Source of the DNA: an uncultured virus (IMG/VR IMGVR_UViG_3300030099_001885) | Lineage: Duplodnaviria > Heunggongvirae > Uroviricota > Caudoviricetes | IMG/VR virus record: IMGVR_UViG_3300030099_001885 | Span: 1-64,000 of that record | Strand: one strand, 5' to 3' | DNA length: 64,000 bases | Part shown: positions 21,500 through 29,241 of the stretch, piece by piece | How the letters are laid out: the number at the start of each line of letters is the position of its first letter | How positions within the stretch are numbered: the stretch's first letter is position 1 | Notes under the pieces: generated by a model | What the model saw: only the letters and a program-made list of their open reading frames with translations | Told to the model about the DNA's origin: nothing | Databases searched by the model: none | Translations under genes and position numbers: made by a program

Positions 21500-21695
21500 C
21501 ACTGTCCCACTGGGACGCTAGCCACTGGGCTGGTATCACTGGGAATCTGGGCTACTAACTCGGGTAACTGGTGTGGTGGGTGGTGACTGTGGGGTCTAAC
21601 CGTGGCCAACCCACAGAAATCTGCCACAATCAGGGTCTAGGTCTGTCTGTACCTAGGCACCTGCTTTTTTCCACAGACAATTAAGGATATCATTA

Positions 21696-22016
21696 ATGAA
21701 TGATAAGAAGCGAGTTTACAGTTTCAAAACTCCTCACAACTTGTACCCTATGGGGTATGAGTACATTAAGATAGCTTGGAATGATCGTCATGAAGATGAT
21801 CAGTTTGATAGCCGTCAGGCTGTAGAACATGCTGTCAAGCGTGCTGAGTTTGCATTTGTAAAGGCTTTGAGCAATGACCCTTACGTTAGGGACATCTTAG
21901 AAGCTACCGTTCCTGTACCTAATCCAACTGACCAGCAGCGTAAGCTGACCCGGATAGTTGGGCTTAGTGAGGGGATGCCTGAATCGTGGAATCAGTTTAA
22001 GAGAGGTGAATTCTAA
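21696..22016 (+). CDS. Hypothetical early protein
   Basis: ORF with AAGGA RBS, coupled to the next ORF by TAATG. Confidence 0.7.
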   Translation: MNDKKRVYSFKTPHNLYPMGYEYIKIAWNDRHEDDQFDSRQAVEHAVKRAEFAFVKALSNDPYVRDILEATVPVPNPTDQQRKLTRIVGLSEGMPESWNQFKRGEF

Positions 22017-22231
22017 TGGCTGATAAATTATCTCATAATGAAGTTGTTGAGCTTAGAGAGCTTAGGTTAGATAGGTCTGCTTATCTAGATAAGATCAGAC
22101 AGCTTGAGAACAAGAATCGTAGTATGAAGATTGAGATTAACTGTCTTCGTGCTAAGGTTGAAGCCTATCATTTGACTGATAAAGAAATTGTTGCTGAAAC
22201 AATTCGCAGATTGAAGGAAGGCTTGTCTTAA
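22016..22231 (+). CDS. Hypothetical coiled-coil protein
   Basis: GAGGTG RBS, TAATG overlap and a heptad-like Leu pattern. Confidence 0.65.
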   Translation: MADKLSHNEVVELRELRLDRSAYLDKIRQLENKNRSMKIEINCLRAKVEAYHLTDKEIVAETIRRLKEGLS

Positions 22232-22393
22232 AGCGGAGAGTTGAAGAGATGGATGGCACTGGGGAAACCTAGTGTCATCCTTTTACTTTCTCCTCGTGAC
22301 CTGTCTCCGGCAAGAGGCAGGTCGCCTTTGGTGTCACTCTGGCACCAACCCTGTTACGGGTTAGTAACAATTACTTAAATAAGGAATCTACTT

Positions 22394-24166
22394 ATGCAAA
22401 AGTGGATGACTGACCTCATCTCCCGTGTGGAGGATGAGTGTGGGATCTCTGTCACCACGGAGATCAAGAACATGTTGTGGGATGGCCGGACTAAGGCTTA
22501 CATCGTCAACGCTCTGCGTAAGACGGTGATGGTCCACTGCTCCGGTAAGTACGCACAGGATCCGTCCTATGCCGAACGAGCACTGTTTGCCACCATGGTT
22601 ACTAATGGGCTGACAAGTCCTGAGGAACGCCGTGAGGGTCGTGTGCTCTTTGATCCCCCTGAGCTGGCTGAACGCCGTGCTCTTGTGTCTAAGAACGTAC
22701 ATGTCAATGTGCCGGATGCCTATCGTGAGTCTCTTGCGTGGGCTCAGGCTACCCCTTACCGGGTGAACACTGACATGCTTGGACTGCTCATGGAGGCTAA
22801 CCTGCTCGAAGAGTGGGAAGCTGAAGAAGCAATGCGTGTTGTCGCTGAGAACGATGGTATCTTCTACCTCGATTGCTTCATGGATTTCCGTGGTCGTACC
22901 TATACGAATCACTATGGCAGCCTGTCTCCTCAGGCTAACCAGAACGTTCGTGCTCTGGTCGACTTTGGTTACGAGACTCCTGTTGGATTGTGCAATGACA
23001 ACTACAACATGCTGATGGGTGTGTTGGAGGAAGAGTATGATGTCAACTGGGATAACTACACCAAGATCCTGCAAGATGCAAAGTCAATCCTTGCTAACAA
23101 GACATATGGTAAGAAGAGTGCGGGTGTGGTCCGTGCTGCTATGTGTCTCAAGGAGATTGCTACGACTGGCAAGTCTGCGTACATTGTACAGCAGGATGCT
23201 ACTTGCTCTGGCTTCCAGCACATGGCTGCGATTCTTCGTGATCGTGATCTGGGTAGTCTGGTCAACTTAACAAGTGGACCTCGTAGTGACTTGTACATGG
23301 CTGCTACTGAATTCCTGTGTGAACAGGGAACAGCAGTGGGTGTGTTCTTAGCTGACCACAACCCTAAGGTTGTGAGATCTGAACTCGCCAAGCCAACTGT
23401 CATGCTTACAGGCTATGCCTCTACTGCTGAGGCACTGGCTCTGTCATACCTTGGGTATGATGGCAAGGCAGAGTACATGGACAAGTCTGGCGAACCTGTG
23501 GTTGCCACAAGGTTCAAGGATGTGAAGCAGGCACTCAAGCAAGGTGCTGATGTTAACTTCAATCCTGATTCAATTATGACTGAATGGTTGAATGGTCGGA
23601 CTGGTGAGAAAGCTATGTATGCTGCTCTCACCTTTGCTCGTGAGTTTCAAGAGGCACTGTTCACGCTGTGTCCTTCAGTCAAGGAACTCATTACTTCAAT
23701 CAAGGGTGCTGCATTGTCGCACTTTAGTAAGACTGGTACTACGTTTGCGTGGGTTACACCACTCGACTTGTACATTGAACTTTCCCCTTGGAAAGTCATG
23801 GAAGATACACACACTGTGTCCTTCCAGTCTGCTGGAGTACGCAAGTCCATGAAAGTCTTGTCTCTCAAACTAGACCAAATGGGTGGTGCCGCTGGGGCTC
23901 TCCCCAACTTGATTCACTCACTGGATGCTTGCCTTGTTCATATGGTGAACCTTGCCCGTGTCGGGCTAGGTATGCCATGGGCTGACATCCATGACTCCTT
24001 TGGCTCCACTGTTGGAGATGTAAAGCGGACTGTTGAACTAGTCAATGACGCTTTCACGCAGGTTCACACTGAGTTTGACGTTAACAATGTCTTGCGTCTT
24101 CACGCTAGACCTATCTTGTCAAAGGGTGATCTCTGCCTGAGTGAGCTCGAACAGATCGTCTTCTGA
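22394..24166 (+). CDS. Compact single-subunit RNA polymerase (T7/T3 family), lacking most of the N-terminal domain
   Basis: DFRGRTY (22883), motif A QDATCSGFQH (D at 23195), DLY, motif B AKPTVMLTGY, PNLIHSLDA and motif C IHDSF (23987). Only 590 aa. Confidence 0.92.
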   Translation: MQKWMTDLISRVEDECGISVTTEIKNMLWDGRTKAYIVNALRKTVMVHCSGKYAQDPSYAERALFATMVTNGLTSPEERREGRVLFDPPELAERRALVSKNVHVNVPDAYRESLAWAQATPYRVNTDMLGLLMEANLLEEWEAEEAMRVVAENDGIFYLDCFMDFRGRTYTNHYGSLSPQANQNVRALVDFGYETPVGLCNDNYNMLMGVLEEEYDVNWDNYTKILQDAKSILANKTYGKKSAGVVRAAMCLKEIATTGKSAYIVQQDATCSGFQHMAAILRDRDLGSLVNLTSGPRSDLYMAATEFLCEQGTAVGVFLADHNPKVVRSELAKPTVMLTGYASTAEALALSYLGYDGKAEYMDKSGEPVVATRFKDVKQALKQGADVNFNPDSIMTEWLNGRTGEKAMYAALTFAREFQEALFTLCPSVKELITSIKGAALSHFSKTGTTFAWVTPLDLYIELSPWKVMEDTHTVSFQSAGVRKSMKVLSLKLDQMGGAAGALPNLIHSLDACLVHMVNLARVGLGMPWADIHDSFGSTVGDVKRTVELVNDAFTQVHTEFDVNNVLRLHARPILSKGDLCLSELEQIVF

Positions 24167-24186
24167 TCTGAACCCTCACTCTACTG

Positions 24187-24225
24187 GGGTGCTAGTACTA
24201 ACGTGCTAGTACCCTATTTGCCAAC
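24187..24225 (+). terminator. Hairpin after the compact RNAP gene
   Basis: 12-bp stem GGGTGCTAGTAC / GTGCTAGTACCC followed by TATTTGCCAAC. Confidence 0.45.
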
Positions 24226-24433
24226 TAATATACTATTACACTAAATTCTAATAACTGTGGTGGTAACGTGGGTAGTGTGGTGTGGTTTGTGGTTATCTAC
24301 GGACGCAGGAATCCCGTGAGGGTCCCCCCCGCTATCGCGGGTCCCCCCCAAGCAACCCCGGGATATCCAGCGTCCTAGGCGACCCGCCCGGATGGGCCGG
24401 TGGGGGTCAAGTCAACTTCATAGGAGACTAAAC

Positions 24434-24721
24434 ATGAAGGTGAATGTTATGGATACTCGTTCCAAATACGAGACTATGGTGGCTGAAGGCAAGGCTGCTG
24501 TGGTGAAAGGTATTGCCTGTGGTCCCACTGGGGCTAAACAACAAGTAGCCAAGCAAGTGTGTGAGGCTAATGGAATCTCACTGGAGAAAACAGTGAAGAA
24601 GATGAAAGACTACACCAAGATGGATGATGCTGTGTTGGCAAACATTCTGTCGATGGATCATGTCAGTGATGACAAGAAAGCCGCTGTGCAAGCAGAGGTT
24701 GATCGGAGGGCAAATGCCTAA
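24434..24721 (+). CDS. Hypothetical protein
   Basis: AGGAGA RBS before ATG 24434; overlaps the next ORF. Confidence 0.7.
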   Translation: MKVNVMDTRSKYETMVAEGKAAVVKGIACGPTGAKQQVAKQVCEANGISLEKTVKKMKDYTKMDDAVLANILSMDHVSDDKKAAVQAEVDRRANA

Positions 24722-24944
24722 GTCAACACTATCGGATGCACGGATAGATTATCTGTATTATGAACAGGGTCTATCAACTAATCAAGTAGCAGCATGCCTT
24801 GGTTGTAGTGGTAATACTATTCATAAGAATCTTAAACGACGTGGTAAGAAACTACGTCCAACAGGTCGCCATGTAATACGGACAATCAACTTGTCTGGTG
24901 ACTGGCGTAAACAACTGAACTCATACTTACGCAAGAGTAAGTAA
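24714..24944 (+). CDS. Helix-turn-helix DNA-binding protein
   Basis: LYYEQGLSTNQVAACLGCSGNTIHKNLKRRG is a typical HTH pattern; GGAGG RBS. Confidence 0.7.
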   Translation: MPKSTLSDARIDYLYYEQGLSTNQVAACLGCSGNTIHKNLKRRGKKLRPTGRHVIRTINLSGDWRKQLNSYLRKSK

Positions 24945-25300
24945 TAAACTATTTCACTAGCCTAATTAACTAGTGACTAGCCGTGGCGGAATAACTCTTT
25001 AACAGAGGAGTAACGCACAACTACCAAGAGAGTGACCTCTCTAGCAGAGTCCAATCGGATGAGCTAACCTTAGTCAGGTTCGTGTAGGTGGTACAAAGTA
25101 GGGATACTAGAACTTGATCTGTTCCTGAAACGTTGTGGGTAAACAAGCAATCCCACCGGCACCAAACTACTAGACAAGATGCCCACCCTTGGGACAGTGC
25201 GGATTGTCAAACATTTGATAACATTATCACCCGGACTGAAATGTTCGCGTTAACATGTGTGCTGTTATCAACGCCTTACCCCACAGGTGTAAAGAGGTGG

Positions 25301-25443
25301 GTAGCAGGGGTGCGATTCTGCTAAACCAACGCACAACAGATTAAATCTCAAATTGACGAAATGGAAGCCTTGTGTGTCCTTGACGACCTTGCTGATGTCT
25401 TTCTTGAGTAGCAGGGGTGCGTCTGTTTAGCCAACGCACAACA
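25301..25443 (+). repeat. Imperfect direct repeat, two copies of about 37 nt (25301-25338 and 25408-25443)
   Basis: GTAGCAGGGGTGCG-N9-11-CCAACGCACAACA occurs twice, each with an internal GTGCG/CGCAC stem. Confidence 0.85.
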
Positions 25444-25534
25444 AACTATGGGGCTGGTATAGTGCATGATTAACCCCCAAACAGGTACGCTGGGACCTGC
25501 TACCAAAACACAGCATTCAACAAGGTAATTGTGG

Positions 25535-25592
25535 AAACACTAGTAACTTGAGTGATCAACACTTGAGTTGCTAGTGTTTTATTTTTGTTTTT
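25535..25592 (+). terminator. Long hairpin plus T-rich tract (intrinsic terminator or RNase III-type site)
   Basis: AAACACTAGTAACTTGAGTG-atcaa-CACTTGAGTTGCTAGTGTTT followed by TATTTTTGTTTTT. Confidence 0.65.
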
Positions 25593-25633
25593 GGGGGTAT
25601 TTAGTGTGGCTACTGTGGTCACAAGGAGATAAC

Positions 25634-25720
25634 ATGTACCCAATCGAAGACGATTTCGATGATATTCAATGTGAAGACTTTTATGGAGATGAACATGAGG
25701 CCGTGGAAACTGACTCTTGA
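25634..25720 (+). CDS. Acidic micro-peptide (28 aa), not in the ORF track
   Basis: AAGGAG RBS; MYPIEDDFDDIQCEDFYGDEHEAVETDS*. Confidence 0.5.
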   Translation: MYPIEDDFDDIQCEDFYGDEHEAVETDS

Positions 25721-26054
25721 TATCGACGCTACCCATAAGTATGATGGTGAAGGTAGTGGCACAAAGGTTGCATACTTTGTAGATACTATGGCTAGTAAAG
25801 CTTGGTGTCAAACTATTACATCATACAATATCAATGTGACTAGAAAGTATGGTTATCAACAGAACTATGATGATTCTTTCAAACGCTTTGAACTTGTAAT
25901 TAATGGTGAATTTCTAGACAAAGCATTGGAACAATGCCGTACAATTATGCGTTCATTGTCCGTTACATCTTACCTGAACTACTGTCAAGTAGAAAGAGAG
26001 TATCATAATGGAACGGAAGCAGAAGAAGAAGCCGAAGTTTCCCCGCCGTATTGA
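25659..26054 (+). CDS. Hypothetical protein (true start possibly 25695)
   Basis: ORF track; GGAG precedes ATG 25695. Confidence 0.6.
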   Translation: MIFNVKTFMEMNMRPWKLTLDIDATHKYDGEGSGTKVAYFVDTMASKAWCQTITSYNINVTRKYGYQQNYDDSFKRFELVINGEFLDKALEQCRTIMRSLSVTSYLNYCQVEREYHNGTEAEEEAEVSPPY

Positions 26055-26166
26055 TTCGGATGGGGAAGTACGCCGCCCTAAGTCTAAGACTTGGGGTGGA
26101 GAACAACGTAGGTCTAACAGACAACAACAAAAAAGGAGACTCCGTGATGGAGACTACGACATTTAG
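26008..26166 (+). CDS. Small basic protein (52 aa), not in the ORF track
   Basis: MERKQKKKPKFPRR...RRLRDGDYDI*; overlaps both neighbours. Confidence 0.45.
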   Translation: MERKQKKKPKFPRRIDSDGEVRRPKSKTWGGEQRRSNRQQQKRRLRDGDYDI

Positions 26167-26467
26167 GTATGACTGTACCCTTGAGGCAGATCATATTATT
26201 AAACAAGAGGTTCACTTTATTGAAGGACAATATTTCTTGGTTAGTAAGATTGATGGGCCTGAGACTATGGTCTTTCATTGTACTGAGGCAGGTAATGTCT
26301 TAGATTGGGGTGGAGAGTTTGCAGTCTATGAAGATATAGATATTGCAGAAACAGTGAAGAGATTCAAAGCTAAGGTTTGGAAACACAATATTATTAAGTT
26401 ATCAGATGAGCTGAAGGCTGAAGCCAATGCTTGTAACGAAAGGTTTAGACAAAGTGATGGGGAGTAG
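26147..26467 (+). CDS. Hypothetical protein
   Basis: AGGAGA RBS before METTTF, within ORF 26051..26467. Confidence 0.6.
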   Translation: METTTFRYDCTLEADHIIKQEVHFIEGQYFLVSKIDGPETMVFHCTEAGNVLDWGGEFAVYEDIDIAETVKRFKAKVWKHNIIKLSDELKAEANACNERFRQSDGE

Positions 26468-26639
26468 ACTCTTATTGTTTTTTCTTTGTGGCTGCTCGGC
26501 ACAACCCGTATTCGATCAGCCTGACATCAAGTTTAATGAACCTGCCGCCCTATACGGAGCTGGTGATCAGCTTGGTTATGATACTTTTATGGACTATGAA
26601 ATGATGGAGGCATTCAATGTCAGATTCATTTACGATTGA
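26427..26639 (+). CDS. Putative small lipoprotein
   Basis: MGSRLLLFFLCGC resembles a lipobox signal peptide (start likely at the internal Met). Confidence 0.5.
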   Translation: MLVTKGLDKVMGSRLLLFFLCGCSAQPVFDQPDIKFNEPAALYGAGDQLGYDTFMDYEMMEAFNVRFIYD

Positions 26640-26853
26640 GGTTGAAGTAACTTCTCAATATTATGAGACTGTACAGTTTACATTCTCACAAGAAACACTT
26701 GACGTACTTAACTGTAAGAACAAAGATGAGCTTCTTGAAAAGATTCAGAACGAAGACATTGATGCTTGGGATTACTCAGAAGAAGAACACTGGGACTCTT
26801 ATGACAGTGAAGTAAAACAAATCTATTGGCAGGATGCCAAGCATGTTGTATAA
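26617..26853 (+). CDS. Acidic hypothetical protein
   Basis: GGAGG RBS; Asp/Glu-rich. Confidence 0.65.
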   Translation: MSDSFTIEVEVTSQYYETVQFTFSQETLDVLNCKNKDELLEKIQNEDIDAWDYSEEEHWDSYDSEVKQIYWQDAKHVV

Positions 26854-27397
26854 TTATGAGGATATCACGCCTGATCAATGGCTAGATATCAATATGCAAC
26901 ACGATATGAACAAAGAACAGGAACTAATAATGCCAACTAATCGTGCAGTCTACTGTGCAGATGGAGAACAAATGCCTAACTGGTGTATGAATGAAGTAAG
27001 TATGAGCGGTGGTAAGTCTGATATGGAAGACTTCCTCGCTGAATTTTGTGAACAAGATCCAAGCGAGCCAACTCGCTATCGTTTCTTGTATGAAAAGATC
27101 TCGCCTATTGGTGAGTATGAACAAGATGATACCAATTGGAATCAAATCCAAGCTCAACGTGATGCTTGGGGTTGCAAGTGGGATATGACTGATTATGCTT
27201 TTACTACCTATACAGAAGAGTGGAATGACAAAGAGTGGATTCACCTTGACGGTAACTATGATACCCCATGGGGTCCACCCTACAAGATCTACGACAGGAT
27301 TGTAGAGATTATTGAAGAGCGTGACTGGGACATTGAGTTCAATGAATGGTTCTTCAAAGAACCCGGCATGCAACTTGCAGGGTGGTTGCCAGAATGA
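26834..27397 (+). CDS. DUF1281/YubB-like ferredoxin-fold phage protein
   Basis: Signature motifs MPNWCxN, WGCKWD, YDTPWGPP and EPG. Confidence 0.75.
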   Translation: MPSMLYNYEDITPDQWLDINMQHDMNKEQELIMPTNRAVYCADGEQMPNWCMNEVSMSGGKSDMEDFLAEFCEQDPSEPTRYRFLYEKISPIGEYEQDDTNWNQIQAQRDAWGCKWDMTDYAFTTYTEEWNDKEWIHLDGNYDTPWGPPYKIYDRIVEIIEERDWDIEFNEWFFKEPGMQLAGWLPE

Positions 27398-27612
27398 AGT
27401 TCTATCACCACCTTACATTGGATGAAGCAACTGCTAGACATGGCTCATGCGAAGACTTTCGCTTCTGTTTTGCAGAGGATGTTGCACCTAAGATTCGTTC
27501 AGTTGATATCCCTCGTATCATTGAACGTTTGCAGTATCACTATGAGTCGTATCAGATCCTAGAACAAGAGCACTGGGATAAGATGCAGCACAATCATGGA
27601 GATGAAGAATGA
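27394..27612 (+). CDS. Hypothetical protein
   Basis: ATGA-coupled to both neighbours. Confidence 0.55.
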   Translation: MKFYHHLTLDEATARHGSCEDFRFCFAEDVAPKIRSVDIPRIIERLQYHYESYQILEQEHWDKMQHNHGDEE

Positions 27613-27812
27613 AAGTTGAGAATAAGAATGCTCACCAATCTGCTAACAAAGTGTATTACTATGCTACCTGCGTGGATGAGGTGGGTAAAATTAAACACCT
27701 GCTTCTTACAGAATCTGAGCTGGATAAATGTGAAGATCGGGCAAAGAAAAACCGTGAAGATTTACCGAGCGGGTTCACTGCTATTTATGTTCAGCGTAAT
27801 ACATTCTGGTAA
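27609..27812 (+). CDS. Hypothetical protein
   Basis: ATGA-coupled; GGAG RBS. Confidence 0.55.
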   Translation: MKVENKNAHQSANKVYYYATCVDEVGKIKHLLLTESELDKCEDRAKKNREDLPSGFTAIYVQRNTFW

Positions 27813-27855
27813 AAAATAAATTAATTAACACAACCTTAACTTGAAAGGAAGTATA

Positions 27856-27999
27856 ATGTGCATGTTGCCTGACGATAATGATGATCTTGAAGATGATGTT
27901 CACTGCTATAATTTAGATGATATAGACGATAATAATATTATCTTTCAAGAAGAAGTTGACAGACTAGATTATAATACTTATAATATAGAGGAAGAATAA
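27856..27999 (+). CDS. Highly acidic micro-protein (47 aa), not in the ORF track
   Basis: AAGGA RBS; MCMLPDDNDDLEDDVHCYNLDDIDDNNIIFQEEVDRLDYNTYNIEEE*. Confidence 0.55.
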   Translation: MCMLPDDNDDLEDDVHCYNLDDIDDNNIIFQEEVDRLDYNTYNIEEE

Positions 28000-28175
28000 T
28001 GAACTATATTGATCTTGCTATTCCAGAAGATGATGACATTCGTGATGAATGTATGTCAGTCATTGAAGACTGGATGATGAATGAAGAAGACATGGAAAGA
28101 TTTGCCAAGTATATCTTCCCATATCTTAAACCACACTTGGACAAATTGAAAGACGAGGAGACTAATCGTGCATGA
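27999..28175 (+). CDS. Acidic small protein (58 aa), not in the ORF track
   Basis: GAGG RBS, TAATG coupling; MNYIDLAIPEDDDIRDECMSVIEDWMMNEE... Confidence 0.6.
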   Translation: MNYIDLAIPEDDDIRDECMSVIEDWMMNEEDMERFAKYIFPYLKPHLDKLKDEETNRA

Positions 28176-29154
28176 AATGTATGAAAATGATTCGGCTATG
28201 TATGCTGGTAGTTCCGCTTGGCATGGCTTGGGTACTGTTGTGGCTGATGCCCCTAGTCCTTACGATGCGCTTAGACTTGCTGGCTTGGATTGGCGAGTCA
28301 TCCCTTCGCACAGCATTGGCTGTAATTACATGCGGGGGGATACTGAGCATACCACTGTTACCTCTGAAAAGGTAGCCAACATCCGTGAAGACACTGGTGA
28401 TGTGCTTGGTTGGGTTGGTCCCAACTATAAGCGTATCCAAAACATTGACGTAGCCGAGCTGGCTTATGCCGTGGCTGGTAATGACACCAAGGTAGAGACT
28501 GCTGGTAGTCTTCGCAATGGTGCTCGTACTTACTTCTTGTTGAAGTTCAACGAGTTCTCTACGCAACATAGTGATGATGTAACCAATGAGTATCTGTTGC
28601 TTGCTAACGGACACGATGGTTTGATGGCATTCAATGCTATCCCAACTGCTATCCGTGTTGTCTGTGCTAACACCTTGGCTATTGCCATGGCTCAAGCAAA
28701 TGCCTATCGTATTGCCCACAAGGGTAACATGGAAGATAAGCTTGCTGACCTGTACGATGCTATCGTTGCAGCCAAGCAAGACAGTCGTGTCTTTGAAGAT
28801 AAGGTTCGACACCTTGCTAATCAAGGCATGACTCGTCACACACTGAAAGATTACTATGATCTGATGTACAACAAGTACTTCAATCAAGTCGATGATAAGT
28901 CATCTGACCGTGATTGGAAGAAGAAAATTGAAACCACTTTGAAGTGGGAGAATAGATTTGAGATTGAAGCTAGTACTGCAGGTAACAACCTGTGGAATGC
29001 ATTCAACTCTATCACCTACTTTGTTCAGCACACCCTGCCAACGCGTGGTCGTACTGAAGCACAACGTCGAGAGAATCGACTACATACAAACATGTTCGGA
29101 ACCTCTGGTTCTCTGAAGACTAAGATCTTTGAGAACACTTTGGAACTGATCTAA
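28168..29154 (+). CDS. DUF932-family phage/plasmid protein (TIGR03299-like)
   Basis: AWHGLG, AGLDW, ETAGSL, YLLLANGHDG, IRVVCANTL and LWNAFNSIT motifs. Confidence 0.85.
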   Translation: MHEMYENDSAMYAGSSAWHGLGTVVADAPSPYDALRLAGLDWRVIPSHSIGCNYMRGDTEHTTVTSEKVANIREDTGDVLGWVGPNYKRIQNIDVAELAYAVAGNDTKVETAGSLRNGARTYFLLKFNEFSTQHSDDVTNEYLLLANGHDGLMAFNAIPTAIRVVCANTLAIAMAQANAYRIAHKGNMEDKLADLYDAIVAAKQDSRVFEDKVRHLANQGMTRHTLKDYYDLMYNKYFNQVDDKSSDRDWKKKIETTLKWENRFEIEASTAGNNLWNAFNSITYFVQHTLPTRGRTEAQRRENRLHTNMFGTSGSLKTKIFENTLELI

Positions 29155-29188
29155 TGAATCACGCGCACGCCCTCTCAGCGTGAACCCC

Positions 29189-29224
29189 GAATACTACTCA
29201 GGAAACTGGGTAGTATTCTTTTTC
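29189..29224 (+). terminator. Intrinsic terminator before the full-length RNAP gene
   Basis: GAATACTACTCAG-GAAA-CTGGGTAGTATTC followed by TTTTT. Confidence 0.7.
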
Positions 29225-29241
29225 CAACATAAGGAGTATGC

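Noticed and set aside
20581..21500. Group I/II intron carrying the 180-aa ORF
   Set aside because: No interrupted gene, no recognisable P7 or domain V consensus, and no homing endonuclease or RT motifs in the ORF.
20581..22280. N4-type hairpin promoters for the virion RNAP
   Set aside because: The GAAA loops and G-T pairs are on the non-template (+) strand and fit RNA hairpins. N4 promoter hairpins have 3-nt loops on the template strand.
25339..25410. tmRNA-like tag reading frame (QIKSQIDEMEALCVLDDLADVFLE*)
   Set aside because: No tRNA-like domain was found and there is no hydrophobic ALAA-type ending.
25301..25443. CRISPR array
   Set aside because: Only two imperfect repeats, a 69-nt spacer and no cas genes. 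Kept as an unexplained repeat instead.
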